Origin: Ascidiella aspersa
Lineage: Eukaryota
DNA length: 64,000 nucleotides
Assembly: GCA_963924565.1 (NCBI GenBank)
Contig: OZ004607.1
Coordinates: 24,862,001 to 24,926,000 of the forward strand
Reading direction: 5' to 3'
The notes below the pieces were generated by a model that was not told the origin of the DNA, did no database searches, and saw nothing but the letters and a program-made list of their open reading frames with translations. Numbering within the stretch: position 1 is the stretch's first letter; the number at the start of each line of letters is the position of its first letter. Positions 12,278 to 25,150 of this stretch are shown piece after piece. The position numbers and the translations under genes were made by a program.

Positions 12278-13171
12278 CAGTGTTCACTCTAAGGTGCGCA
12301 ACTGCGCAATTGCGCAGCAAAATCAGACAATTTGCGCAGTAAAATTTGCTTTTGCGCACCTACATCGTTCTCAAATTAAAACTAAAATATCTTCACTTTT
12401 TTGCCACAACAGTGTGAGCATTTCGCATTGGCCGTTTTTTCGTTGATGTTTGTAGCTAAAAGCAAGTTAACAAATCATATCCGCATTGACGATTGTGACG
12501 TAATAAATTACTTTGGCTGATCGGTTTTTATCATCCATGCTGTGTATGTTTTTGTTATCTCGCGTAGAATTAAATGTCTATTCAGAAAAATCAAGCTTAA
12601 AGAAAAAAATGAGTTTAGAACAGTGCCGAACACAGCAGTGGAGTGTTTAACAATAATTTGGGATTATGAAACCGAAATGCATTTTTATGGACGTAAATTT
12701 TTAATACAATTCAGTTTTTACACTATTTCTGTGCAGATACAGCTGTGGAGTCAACAATGGCTCTCACAAATTGACAAAATCATTTTATTAAATGCAAATG
12801 AGCGAATAGTTCGTGATTCTTGATTGTGCGCTAAAGGCATCACGCATCCTATTTTTTTTAAATTAGACATTTTGTCAATTTAACCCAAATATTTGGATAT
12901 TTTTTCACGCGACCGCTTAGTTGCCATATGTTTGAACATATATAACTCGATTACAGTTGCACATGTAAGTTTATTAATTATAAATATGGGTTTCGTGACG
13001 TCACGCTTTGTACGTCATCTTTAAAATTTTCACGCCTCGCCACAATACAAAAAACATTGATCAGCGGGCGCTGCCAACGCAGCCTTTAAATATTCTTGCG
13101 CGCTACAAATATATTCTTGGGCACTACAAAAAATATTTGCGCACTAGAAAATTTTCTTAGAGGGAACACTG
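12278..13171. mobile_element. hAT-type MITE
   Basis: TIRs CAGTGTTCACTCTAAG / CTTAGAGGGAACACTG; perfect 8-bp TSD GTGACACA at 12270-12277 and 13172-13179. Confidence 0.85.
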
Positions 13172-13189
13172 GTGACACATTTCGCCAAG

Positions 13190-13635
13190 TGTTGTGTGCC
13201 ATGGCATTTGATCGCAGACTAGTTCGGGACACGATCCCCAAGGCTAAGAATAAGAATTGACTTTACTTTTTCAAGCAAAACGTTTATTGGACAGTAGGAC
13301 AATCAGTATGAGGCAAACACACATGCACATTGCACACCAAGTGTTCGCATTAGGCTATAGCCGCTAAAGGTTGTCTCTAACCGCGAGATTGCAATCTGTC
13401 CTCAAAATGCGTCCGATTCTCTCGATATCCACCCGACGAATGGCAATCCAAATAATGCAATACAAACCAAATCCGCACACAAAAAGATCACGAAGCAAAA
13501 CGGAGGCTGCGAAATTTACACAAAGTCCTATCCCCCCTGGGAAACCGAGAAGCTTGGTAGCCGATACAAACAGCGATTCCCAAGGCCAAACGCATTAGTT
13601 TGGTCAACAATAATTATATTGGTGACATTACGACA
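13190..13635 (-). mobile_element. Possible solo LTR
   Basis: TGTTGTG...TACGACA termini, near-matching 4-bp flanks (CAAG/CAAA) and a minus-strand AATAAA at about 13283-13288. No internal domain to confirm it. Confidence 0.3.
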
Positions 13636-15510
13636 CAAATTTGAGAAAACCAGCAATTTCAAGACAAACATACTGCAAAATTTGCATACAATAAGCGACA
13701 TTAATCTCTTTTAAAAGCAACTTTATGATACATGCATTTTAAGAAACAATTTTCGGGCGAGAAACGTGTAATGTCGTTTTTAACGAGAAACGTGTACAGT
13801 CGTTTTCACTTTAAACAACCCTGGTTATCGCCATGGCCCATAATTTTGTCTTTGTCCAGTGAGGGCCGCAATTTTGTCTCTGTCTGGTGAGGGCCGCACA
13901 ACCTGGGGCAATGGGGCATGTTAAACACCTGGTCGAGGTCGTTTGGCGTAATGACCTGCTTCCAATCTGAAGCACCTTCGAAAGCGCCCGTAGACCTTCC
14001 GCAATGCACGCACAACAACGCAATTTCATTCTCAGAGTAAAAGGTGCAAAGCGTGATCCCGTTTCCTGCCTTTCGAATATCATCTGCTTTCACGCACTTT
14101 TGTATACCTTCGAATTGTCGGCCGTCTTCAACCCACCGTTCACTTGCCGCTTTCAAATCTCGCTGTACAACTGACCTTCCTCAGTCGAGCTCTTGTTGGT
14201 CACTTCCTCGTAAACCAAGCTTTCCAAACTACCCTTGCAATTTCTTGGCTGTTCATCACAATTTAAGCTGCGGATGCAAAGCCTCTGCGTATTGTAAATT
14301 TGTTTGGGAACTCTTGCCACAAAATGTGAAGTAGCTAACCTGGTCAAGTGCTTAATGCGTCATGCCCCCCAAAATCTAAATAAAACTTTACATTTTAAAA
14401 CAAAAATAGTCACAATTTTACGCGCTTCGCGCGACGTCTTGTGGCCTTCTTTAAATTTCACTTAAATTGCACATTTTCGCACAACTACAAACGTAATGAG
14501 GACGTTAGCTTATTTGTTTTATACCGTCATAGTATGACGTCATATTGCGTGTATTACAGATCCTGTTTTTGACCCAGCCCGCCACAACATTTTAACCTTC
14601 TCATGCGGCCCGCGGTTAAAAATAATTGCCCACCTCTGTACTATAGTATGATTAAAAGCAAGGTCAGTTGTTTTCATTTATCTCCAACTCGACGATATTT
14701 TGTTCGACTATACCAGGGACAGCCAACACGTCGATCGCGATCGACCGGTCGATCGCCACAATTCACCTGGTCTATCGCGTCGGATATGTGTTACGTCATT
14801 AGACTCATTACAGTAGCTGTCGCACCAACGCCTATCTATAACATTGGTCGCACACAAGTGGAACATTGTTGTCTCGCAGCTTAATAAAGCGTTCTTTGAC
14901 TCAATTTAGGATTAGGTAATTGGAACTTACAAGGGTCTATTTAACTTTTGTTATTAAACTGAAATACGTGCAAATTGAGGAAGCATCTTAGCACAAAGAC
15001 ACTGTGCGTATTAAGGCACATTATTAACCAGATCAACAATAAAAGTTTATCACGCTTCCTATTTTTATTACACATTTTTAGGGATACCACATTATCCAAG
15101 CTTTACATAGGCACACTTTTAAACAATCACCAGATCCAGCATTTTTTGTGGTCATTTAAGTTTGGCACCCGGAAAATACGTCATAGCGTGACATCACACA
15201 ACATGAAACTTGAAAAGGTCTGTTTTTGCCAGTCAATTTCCCGAGTAAATATGCAAAAAAGGGAATGAATTTATTCCGTTTTTTTTTACAACGATTTAGG
15301 AACCCGAACAAAGTATTTGTGAAATTATGCAATCGTCCCAATATACTTTTAGGTAGATAATGGGCTACTTTTTTTAACAAGTGTTTATTTATTTTTTTTT
15401 TTTCAAAACGTTACAGCCGAAAATCTTATCAGCATACTATTACTGTACTAGCTAATGCTCTAATAGAGTGGTTTTCACCTATAGGGTCCGTGGTCCCCTA
15501 GGTGTCTTAG

Positions 15511-16060
15511 GACTTCAGCCATAAGACCGAAATAAGAACAACATGCGTTTGAATAAACCACAGTTCGGAAGAAAACCAATATCGGCCCATTACCAAATAG
15601 TCGTTATAACGTCTAAATCGAAATAAGTCCTAAACCCGTCGAAATAAGACCTAAAATGACCAGAATCAGGCCTTCACAACATTTTACCTAACCCCAAACC
15701 AACCCCTAAGTACATCACTCACTACCCTAATAATTTCAACCCTTTCCTAATCCGACCCATTACCCATAAATAAACTTAAACAGGGTAAAAAAATCCGGTG
15801 CCAAAACAGCGGCGTATACTAACGGTGCCATTCAAATCAGAGCACCCAAACGTCGAAACCAAAACAGCCGATGTCAAACCCATGGACCCCGATCTTCCAT
15901 AACCTCTCCCTACAGTTTCAGGCCGTTATTTTGGCCATTTAGGAATTATTCCGATAAAATTAGAACTTAGTCCGAGTGGTTTATGCGTTATTCAAAAGCT
16001 TTCGATCTTATACTGTACTGTGGGTATTACTGGGTATTTGCCTTTATTATGTCGTTAGTC
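15511..16060 (+). repeat. Long copy of the interspersed repeat family (AATAAGNCCTAAA sub-repeats, CCCTAA-rich core)
   Basis: Begins GGACTTCAGCCATAAGACCGAAATAAGAACAACA; colinear in reverse with 53540-54989 and 23250-23562. Confidence 0.65.
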
Positions 16061-18433
16061 TTAATGCTATGGTTTTTTCGTTTTCGCGAAGCAGTTTTAT
16101 GGAGATAGCAAAGAAAATTCTAACAATGATCTTGTTTTTAATCGATGCTAAAAATAGAAAAATTACGCATTTATGCACCCATACGGGTAACAAATAGATA
16201 GCTGAAATGGTGGTATGATCTTCCACACAACTATACGAGCTCTAAAGCGAGTGTCAGAGATAATAGAGAAATGGGCAATAATTGCTTTAAGTTTTTTTTT
16301 TCTCCCTTTCCGACGATCAATACAATACACACGCACACTTAGTAAGTTAGTACCGTAAAGTTAGCGTATTAAGAGAAGAAACAGCCTTGAACCACAAGTG
16401 GTTCTGCAAAGAGACCCTTGTCACACGGACTATACATTTATTGTGAGTAACAGTCTCTAATACGTTCCTATTCAGTAGGTTTTATTGGGACAAAAATAAG
16501 AATAAATAGAACAAAGTGATAGTTTTGTTATACGCCACAAATGTCTATTTTGATACTTTATTTTAATGATACCGTTATTAAATTTCAGCTATATTTTGAG
16601 TTTACATTACTGCAATAGGTACCGAAGGCCTATATTCATTTTTCCACAAAAACCTAGCAATACAAACAGACACAAATTTAAAACGTGAGAAGGCTCCCAA
16701 AAGAAATGTGGTAAAAACATATTGCATGATAAAAATGAACGTCACAAATCCGACAGGTGACGAAATGTCACGTTTCCATTCTTAAAAAATAAATTTCTCG
16801 CTACTTTCCTAATTTACAGGGAACTTATCTTCGATTTATCCTCAATTTTTTTCAATAAAATTTACCCAAAGCGATAAAAACGATATTTATGTTTTTTAAA
16901 CGGGAAAAGAAATGATTTACTGGTGCTCCCAACTTGAGGCTGGTAGGACAGCTTCTAACCTTTAAAAGTATATGCAATCAAAATTTTTCTTCTAAATTCT
17001 CAATATAAGCTTGTGCAATGGGTAGAATCATATTTAAGGCGCAAAAGGGCAGCTGCGACTAAATAAGGATTGATAGTGTGATAAATGGGCGCGAGTAGGC
17101 AAATGTATTGTACACTTTTACACAAGTAATACTGTAATACTTTATCATGTATTGTATATCAGATTTTTAAAATGCTCAAAAGGAGGCCTAATACAAATAA
17201 AATAACGAAAAGTTTCTTCCTTTTACTGCCAAGCGTTCAATTACTTCTTATTTCGCTTCTTTACCTCATAATGCAAGAAGAAAATATTTTAATGTTGAAC
17301 TTCTCGCGAAACATTTGTAAAAAAAAAACTTATTGCGACTAACGCGCTTAATGTAGGCAACAGGCTGTTTAAGAGAAAAACAATTGTTGACTCATTTACG
17401 ATTAAAACTAAAGCACATTGATTTCTCTAAATTATATGGAGATCATATTAAAACTAAAATGTACCTAGTAGACCTACTTATAATGTCTGAACAATATTAT
17501 CACACTTTGGTTTGTAAACTATTAAAAACTTGACACACAAGCCTGTTAAACTGGAAGGCTCCCTTCAGAGCTTTGCTATTTCAATTTGAATTAGTGCGAA
17601 ATCCAGGATTTTCTATAAATCCATTCTATATTGTTTTGGGTTGGGTTGTTGCCAGGTCGTACCGAAGTCGTATGATTTTATCAACACCAAAAGTGACCTT
17701 TCACTGGCAAAATTCCTGTCTTAATTTTAGACCGAAACAATATACTTGAAAGCCGAAATGGATATTAGATTGACCGCAGGTTTGGCAAAGTTGTGCTGAG
17801 GTGGTATGACTTTATTTGATTGCACGGTTCACGAGCAACGTCGTGTGGTTGGCAGACTGATTATAAATGCATGCTCTTTTATACACGACGTCGCCTTTGC
17901 TATCTATCCGGTTTGAGATTTGCTTCTTACGTAGGCTGGTTTGACAAATTATTGATGACCCTAAAAAGCAGCAAACCTATCTGCAGCTAAATCAGGCTTA
18001 CTCGATCGCGCTTCTTCAATCAATTGAATTGATATATCAAGCCGGCTTATAGCGCCTTCCGTGACAGCGATAGGGAATGATGAGTTGCCGGGGATAGTCG
18101 ATCGATTTGCATTTTTTGCTTGAGATGAATTGAGTGCTCTCACCACAGTGTTTTGTTCTTTGCGTAAAATTAATTTCTCGTTTGCTGTCATGTTAAGCGG
18201 ACAACGATGCATCGGTCAAGCGGGATTAATCATTTAATATACGCCAGTTGTTGACGGAGTACTTTCATGAATTATTCTCTGTAGGCGCGTCACACGTGAA
18301 TCGATAAGCGCCAGAAAAATTTGGCTTACGGAAATGCAACTACTATATTTATACTTGATCAGGCTCCATCAGCATACAAATTGCTGTTTAACGACTAACG
18401 ACAGAGGCGACGCTGACGACTAAAATTCTTGCA

Positions 18434-18439
18434 TATAAA
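18434..18439 (+). promoter_or_regulatory. TATA box of the neuropeptide precursor gene
   Basis: GCATATAAAGGCGCG 116 bp upstream of the ATG at 18550, within a GC-richer island that also has CACGTG and CGTCA motifs near 18290. Confidence 0.5.
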
Positions 18440-18549
18440 GGCGCGTTGTTTTCAGTTGTATTCGGAAATTTGTTGCTAGCCTGAGTGCAACAAAAAAATA
18501 ATTGTTAAACATTATATATTTGTTAACAGAATTAATTCAATTTAAAAAA

Positions 18550-21500
18550 ATGGGACAAATGTTGTACTTGTTAAGTTATTTGTTAGTTTTGCATTTCGTG
18601 ACGGTTATTGTGAGTTCGAAATCAGGTACGTTTAAGCTACATTTGTAAAATCAGTATAAAGAATGAAGACATGTTTTTATTCCGATAAGATTGTTTTTAA
18701 CTTGTTATGCAATAGTTTAATGAAACTTTATATTTTGCAGTACCACAAAAAATGATAAACGGAAATCCAGAAAATACGGTAAAACTTCAAATTGCATTTT
18801 AGTTTGATTTAGGTCTGATTTTTAAACAAAAAAATAGCATAATCTTGTATACAATTTTATGCTTATCTTTTTGAGCCAGATCTATAAACTTGTAATGGTT
18901 GTGCATTTTAATTAACACTGGAAAAAAAACAAGATGTTTAGACAATAGAATGCATTGCTAAACCCTGTTTTATTTTTGTGAATTTTTACAATTTTGCAAA
19001 ATAACGCAAGGAATAAATCCCCCATAGGGCGTTGGAGATTCTGTCGTGTACAATCGGGAAGGAGAATATTATTACCCAAATATGTTCCCACAAGATAACA
19101 GCGATCAGGGCAGAATTTCTGATAGAGCCTCACGATATGGAAATGCTTTCATCCTAAAAAGAAAGTTTGACGATGTAAGTACTGTTCATACTACTTTAGA
19201 ATTAGTTTTATTAATATTATTTTTTTAATATTTTAATATTGTGTTTAATATTTTTGTTTTGTCGAAACACTGGGAAACGATCATATTTTTTCCTCGAAAC
19301 TAAAAACGTCAAGTTATTTACGAAAAATTTTGGAATAATTTAATTATATTTGTCGTCAGAAAGGTGCTACAAATTAATGAAGGATGAATTAATTATTTAT
19401 CATGTTTAAACGAGGACCGTTAAGGTCATCTAAAACGAAAGGAAATGTCGGCACCATTAGCGAAAGACGGTTGCATATTTTATAACATTTGTCCCAAACC
19501 TTATTAAAACATAAGTTTAGCCGACAGTTAAAAATAAAAATTAATGGATATGTAAGTGTCCATGTTCTTTCTGAAACCCGGTATTTTTTGTTTTACAGCC
19601 GTCCGTTTCGATGTCAAATTACATCATTAAAATAGAGAATGAGCAAATGATTTAAATTATGCATTTAATTTTCCAGATTGTTTAGCCAACATGTGCGTTA
19701 CCCAGGTTAAAATACCCAATGTAGATTTTGTGTGTGTGTTGGGTCGCAAGCCAAGCCAAACAACTCAATATTTTTGTCAGCTATACCAGTTTTATCTCCC
19801 TGCAAGGGAATCGTTTGGGCCTCTTTTGCAATCGTTAGGGCCTCTTTTTTATGAAAAAGTCTTATTCTATTGTACTTAGTTTTGCACTAAATTATACAGA
19901 TAAATTAAAGTCGTGCGTGAAGACAGCGTTGTATTTTTTCGAACTAAATGGTCTGTTTAAATCGTGATATGCGTGTAGCTTTCGTTTTTTCACAAAAATC
20001 TTAATTCACAACTTTTATATTTTGTTTTATCTGCTTTGTTACAAAAAAATTCCCGAAGCTTATTTATTGTTACGTAACTATCCCTGTTGTTTCCTACCAT
20101 TACGAACTTCAAAATACTGGTCTCATCAATTGCCAACAAGGAGCACAGTTGCTTTCAAGGGCGCACGACGCTGTGGGACAGCGGTCGTTAATTATGTCAA
20201 ATGATTGCTCTTGATAGATATTATCTACTGTTTTTTATCCACTGCTCCCCTAGGGGGCGCCAAGTAATTCTTAGGTGGGCCCAAGCTCTACTAAAATATT
20301 TAACTTTTTATATGATTTTATCAGTTCCATGTTGCGTTAGTTATTAAATCTGCTTGTATGCTGCCCTATGCATAACATCAAAATTACACTGTTTGGAAAA
20401 GTAACTGAAAAAAAAAAGATTCATAATTGTACGATTTGCAAACTTTAGGCTACTATGTTTTAATAGTTTCTCGCTTTTTTACAATATTTGTTACTTATTA
20501 TGGCCAATCGGGGCTGTGTTTAGTCACAATAGTATGATATGGTTGAAGAAGATCTAAGTTGTGCACCACGTCACCCTTTCCACAAACTGTGTTTTGTCTA
20601 TTTTAACAACAAAACTTCAAAAAAAATGTTGAGCTTCGCGCCAACTACGAAATACCTTTCTTGCGCATCACTTATTGGGAGAAACTCTTTTCGCGCCTAT
20701 TTGTAATGTTATTTGCAGTTAATAGCCTTTGGATTGTGTTCCATCATACTTTTTAAAACACGATTACCGCAATGTTTTATTTTTTCACAACATGTCTGTC
20801 AAAATCAGCTTGATGTAAACCAAATATATCGAGCACGAGCAACTTGTTTGTGTCTCCCAAATTAAAGTTTATAGCCAATAAAAACCAAATAATCGCAATT
20901 TTTTGTGTTCGTGCACCGAAGAGTTAACTTTTCTATTTTCATGCTGTCGGATTGATATGTACTGTATTAGAAAAATAACGAATTTGTTTTAGTATTATTG
21001 TTTAATATCTAAGGGGGCGCAAGGCACAGGACATTTATTAAAGGGGGGCGCGGTAGAAAAAAAAAAAACTAGATACGAGTCCATTTCAAATACTTTTTGA
21101 CTATTTAAAAAAAAAAAATTTTCCCGCTTTGCGAGAATCATCTTTCTACGTCCGACTTGTTTACGTTTTGATGCGGTCTTTTGAACTAGATCAGCGCTTC
21201 GTTACTGTTAATGGTAAACTTATTAAAAAATGTTGGAGATATATTTTTTAACATTTTGTATTGTCGGCAATGTAATAAAAACTTGCAAGAAATTTAAAAG
21301 AACTGCCGGTATATCTAAAAAATCGCGCTCGCTTCGCTCGCCACGTCCGCCCTCACTTAAAAAGGTTAACAAATACTGATTAACTATTAAAGTTATCGCG
21401 TTACATAAATAAAGCACCATACAAAATTAAAGCGTGTCCAGTATGTTTACTATTCGTATTTGGTGGATCATCATTTTGTCAGGTTTGGCCATGATGGATC

Positions 21501-22615
21501 ATGGCAGAAATCATTTGAACACCCCTGATATAGAACCATCGAAAATTAGCCACAATAGTAATTTCTCACCTTTGTGATAATAACGGATACAGTATCTTAA
21601 ATTCAATACTCAATTTTCCGGACAACATAATCATTTAAACCTTTCAAATCCCGCAGGCAAAATAACAAAAACTGCATCGCCTTCAGTTTATTGATTTGCC
21701 TTTGCAGCTCTTCCGATTGCTTCACCCGACATTTGAAGGCACGAACGAACAGCAAATGACCGACCACGCTTCGACAGCAAACAAGAGGTTCGGCGTCCCT
21801 TCCGTTATCAAACGTTTTAGCGTTCCGTCAATAATAAAGCGATTCGGCGTTCCCTCGATCCTAAAGCGCTTTGGGGGCCCTTCCATTATCAAACGGCAGT
21901 TTCAACACTCTTCGATTTTTCGACCGCGTTTTTTTAATCCATCCATCATCAAACGCTACGACCAAAAGGTTGGCTGTTTTTTTGATGTTTAAAGTTATGA
22001 ACAAAGGTAGTTTATATTTCGATAATCTGAAGATCAATTATGTCTTCGGGTAACAAATGATCGATCGTTTGGGTTAAATGTTAACGAAACATATATTGTC
22101 GTTTTGTAAACTGTGTGGCAAGTTTGATGCTTTGAAATACCTAAAGTCCAACGTCAAGTAAATTGTAAACCAACTGTTAGAAAGCAAAACGCTTTGTAAT
22201 GGAAGAACAGAGGACGGGTTAATTAAATAGCGAGAAACTCATTGATTTTTGAAAATCAATTACAACCAATTAACATGTCTATTCCCCGTAACTTTTAGTA
22301 ACCTATATCTCTTAACGTAATAAATTTTGGCAAAAAATATTTGACGAATTTTGAGCAAAAATATACCTGTCCTAAATGATATATCACTATATTTTTTGGT
22401 TAGAGTAAGGTTATTTTACAATGATTGAAATCAACGAAGTCTAATCAAACTTGTGTAGTACTGGTATAGTGTTTTTTTAATAGTAGGTAGATAAACCTTT
22501 TTGAAAATTAGTCACACGTATGCGAACATATTTTAGTGTTTAAAAAAATTATACATTTCAGTCAGAAGAGGGTGATTCGCGGATGAACGATCAACCATAT
22601 CTCACCGATGAGTAG
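18550..22615 (+). CDS. Secreted neuropeptide precursor, neurotensin-like peptide (NTLP) type, 191 aa, 5 exons
   Basis: Exons 18550-18625, 18741-18778, 19028-19174, 21708-21968, 22562-22615 (GT-AG; phases 1,0,0,0; 576 nt total). Signal peptide MGQMLYLLSYLLVLHFVTVIVSS. KR-flanked FGVPSVI, FSVPSII, FGVPSIL, FGGPSII and QFQHSSIFRPRFFNPSII. AATAAA at 22880. Confidence 0.85.
20245..21065 (+). mobile_element. Degenerate hAT MITE related to 53988-54783, in precursor intron 3
   Basis: Shared blocks CACGATTACCGCAATGTTT, GTCAAAATCAGCTTGAT, GAGCACGAGCAACTTGTT and AAAGGGGGGCGCGG; termini eroded. Confidence 0.5.
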
Positions 22616-23249
22616 GGAAAGATTAATGAATCCGCGGATCAAATTCACTTCATCGATTGCAATCGCACAATATTTACTTTTGTGATTTGTCTGTATATAG
22701 CAATCTTGTTTTAAATGTTCCTTTTAAAAAGCAATGTTAAAACAAACATGATTATTCTTTATCGATCAAATCTAATTATTCCGTAATCGTTTCGCGAACA
22801 AAACCTTTTTATAGGTGTTTATTCAAATGATCTAATGTAGGGAAACAGTGGTCTCACAATGATCTCGTATTGCAGCTTAAATAAACTATTTTATTGCTGT
22901 TATCGTTAATGTTGCTTCTTTTATCTCGAGTGCTAAATATTTTGTCAGTTACGCCGATTTTAATAAATGTGAGGTATATCTAACGGAAATATCGTGTTTT
23001 ATTGAAACAAATCTGATTTGTATAGGTATTTCAACAAATACTGTTGCAAAACGTTCTTTTTATATTAACTCTGTGTATGGTAACATTGCAACCACCTTTC
23101 CATTTTTTTTGTATTTATTGAGACCGAATGATTCATTTTTCATTTTGGTGAGTTTTGTTAAATCTTTGTAAATATATAATAGACTAAACATAACAATCTT
23201 CGGATTTGAAGTTATGTGGAGTAAACCCACCGCATGCCAACTTTATAGC

Positions 23250-23562
23250 TTTAGTAAAGCGGCTTTTTAAAGAATCTACAGATAGAGCTTTCCAGGGAAC
23301 ACACAATAAGATCTAAAAAGCAACAATAGCTAAAGCAGAAAAATCTACAAAACAATAGTATTAAGATCAACGACATAATAAAGCCAAACATGCAGTAAAA
23401 TACAGTACAGAATAAGATCGAAATCGTCTGATCAGGCCCAAACCTGCCGGAATACGTCCTAAATTCATCGGAATAAGGCATGAATGGCCAATATTTTGGT
23501 CTTATTCTGTGTTTTAATCCGACTTTGTTGTTGTTCTTATCTCAGTCTTATGACTGGAGTCC
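23250..23562 (-). repeat. Internally deleted copy of the interspersed repeat family
   Basis: Matches 53520-53690 (AATAGTATTAAGATCAACGACA...CCTAAATTCATCGGAATAAGGC) and ends TTGTTCTTATCTCAGTCTTATGACTGGAGTCC. Confidence 0.65.
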
Positions 23563-24872
23563 CTTTCCAGATGTCATTAAACAACTATTAGAATTGAATT
23601 TTCCAACCGTGTAAGTACCAGTTAGCACTTCGTTTTTCGATCACCTTGTTTCCTTGGTTGTTTAACAATGTCAAGTAAATACGCCATAATGTCCTCAAGT
23701 TATTTATTGTATTGTAGTAAAACCCTTTCTATACAAAACATTTAAGTCGAACAGCACGAACACTGAGGTTATACAAACAATGCTTGTTCTAATATTTGGG
23801 AATGGTGGATAGGAGTAGCGCTTGTTTTGCCAAAATAAGGTTGCTGTTAATTCACGTTGTCGCATTCACGTCCTTTCGTACGATGAAACGTAACTTTGTA
23901 AAACATGAAACATATTAAACTTGCTGCTTATTCACTTATTAAAAAGGCACGTCATTCGGGGTCATAACTAAATTCGTGTTTGGACTTGAACGAATTGAAT
24001 AATATGTTGCGCCGGTCGATAAGTCATTAAGCTTTTACTGAAGTATGTTATTTCACCTATAGTGTCTTGCCATCCTACCTATAACTGGACTCGTTGTGCG
24101 TAGGCTATTAATTAATCTTTTCCTAGCCTGAAAATCCTAAAAACATAATAATTGTATAAAATAATAAGGAAATTTAACACAAACATTATTTCCCGCACAA
24201 CAAAAGTAAACCGTAATTAACAACAGTTAAACGTGATGTTCTCAAACTATTGAGCTACAAGCACAAAAATAGGCTTTTTAAGAATTAATCGACAGATTTT
24301 GCGATCAACGTTTCAACTTGATTTTTTTTTAATTATTGTATATGATTAGCAAAATTCTATAGATTTAAAGGTTTAAAAAAATTTGTAGTCTATTCCTACA
24401 CGAAACGAATTTAGGCTAAATACCTCTCGATCGGCATTTCAGCTTATTTTTTGTATATTTTTAAAAGATATCCAAAAAAGTAGGCAGAATCAGTTATCGT
24501 GAAAACCACGTGCAACGGCGATAATTGTGTTTTCCGTAAATCCAATTGATGGGGTGTCTTCCATTGGCAACGCTTGATTTAGCTTTGAGTTGAACGTTGG
24601 CGTTCCGAACTCCAAGCGAATGCTTTGATGATTCTATAAACTGTCTCGTGACGTCATTTCCAAACCGATCGTTTCTCCAAAAGCTGGCGCCTTGCAGGGC
24701 CAAAACAACACCGCAATTCAAAAGAAAGTCTATTATGGACCAATTAGACGTCTGTTGACCAACCGGAGGTTTCGTTCTCGTAAGGTTGACGACAACGAGT
24801 GTTGGAATTGTAGTCGTAGCAGATGATACAAGGAAGTAGTAATTATGACAAATCTTAACCTTTTTTAAACAG

Positions 24873-25150
24873 TGTTGCACTGAATATGTTAAAAATGGAA
24901 ATCACCTTGACCCTTGCAAGATAAATGTCGACCATAATTCCTGATCAGTAACAGCAAAATAATCTAGCAAAGCTAGCAATTCAGGTCAGACACATTAACC
25001 AGATCTTAAAAGATATATATATATTTCGCCAACTAAGGCATCGTCAGTATATCTTAATTCATTCGAAGGTTGGCGAAATATATATATATCTTTTAAGATC
25101 TGGTTAATGTGTCTGACCTGAATTGCTAGCTTTGCTAGATTATTTTGCTG
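24873..25150 (-). mobile_element. Penelope-like element (pLTR) remnant with a perfect 82-bp inverted repeat
   Basis: Arms 24952-25033 and 25069-25150 with a 35-nt loop; 14-bp TSD CCTTTTTTAAACAG at 24859-24872 and 25151-25164; contains a minimal hammerhead. Confidence 0.7.
25010..25055 (-). ncRNA. Minimal type I hammerhead ribozyme
   Basis: Minus strand reads AAGAUAUA-CUGACGA-U-GCC(UUAGUU)GGC-GAA-AUAUAU-A^UAUAUCUU: 8-bp stem I, intact core, 3-bp stem II, palindromic loopless stem III. Confidence 0.75.

Noticed and set aside
19599-19655. Possible extra precursor exon after TTTTACAG
   Set aside because: Reaches an in-frame stop with no donor; exon 3 joins exon 4 in phase without it.
24494-24880. 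128-aa minus-strand ORF
   Set aside because: No recognisable motif, non-ATG start lying in the PLE insert boundary, and no supporting exon structure.
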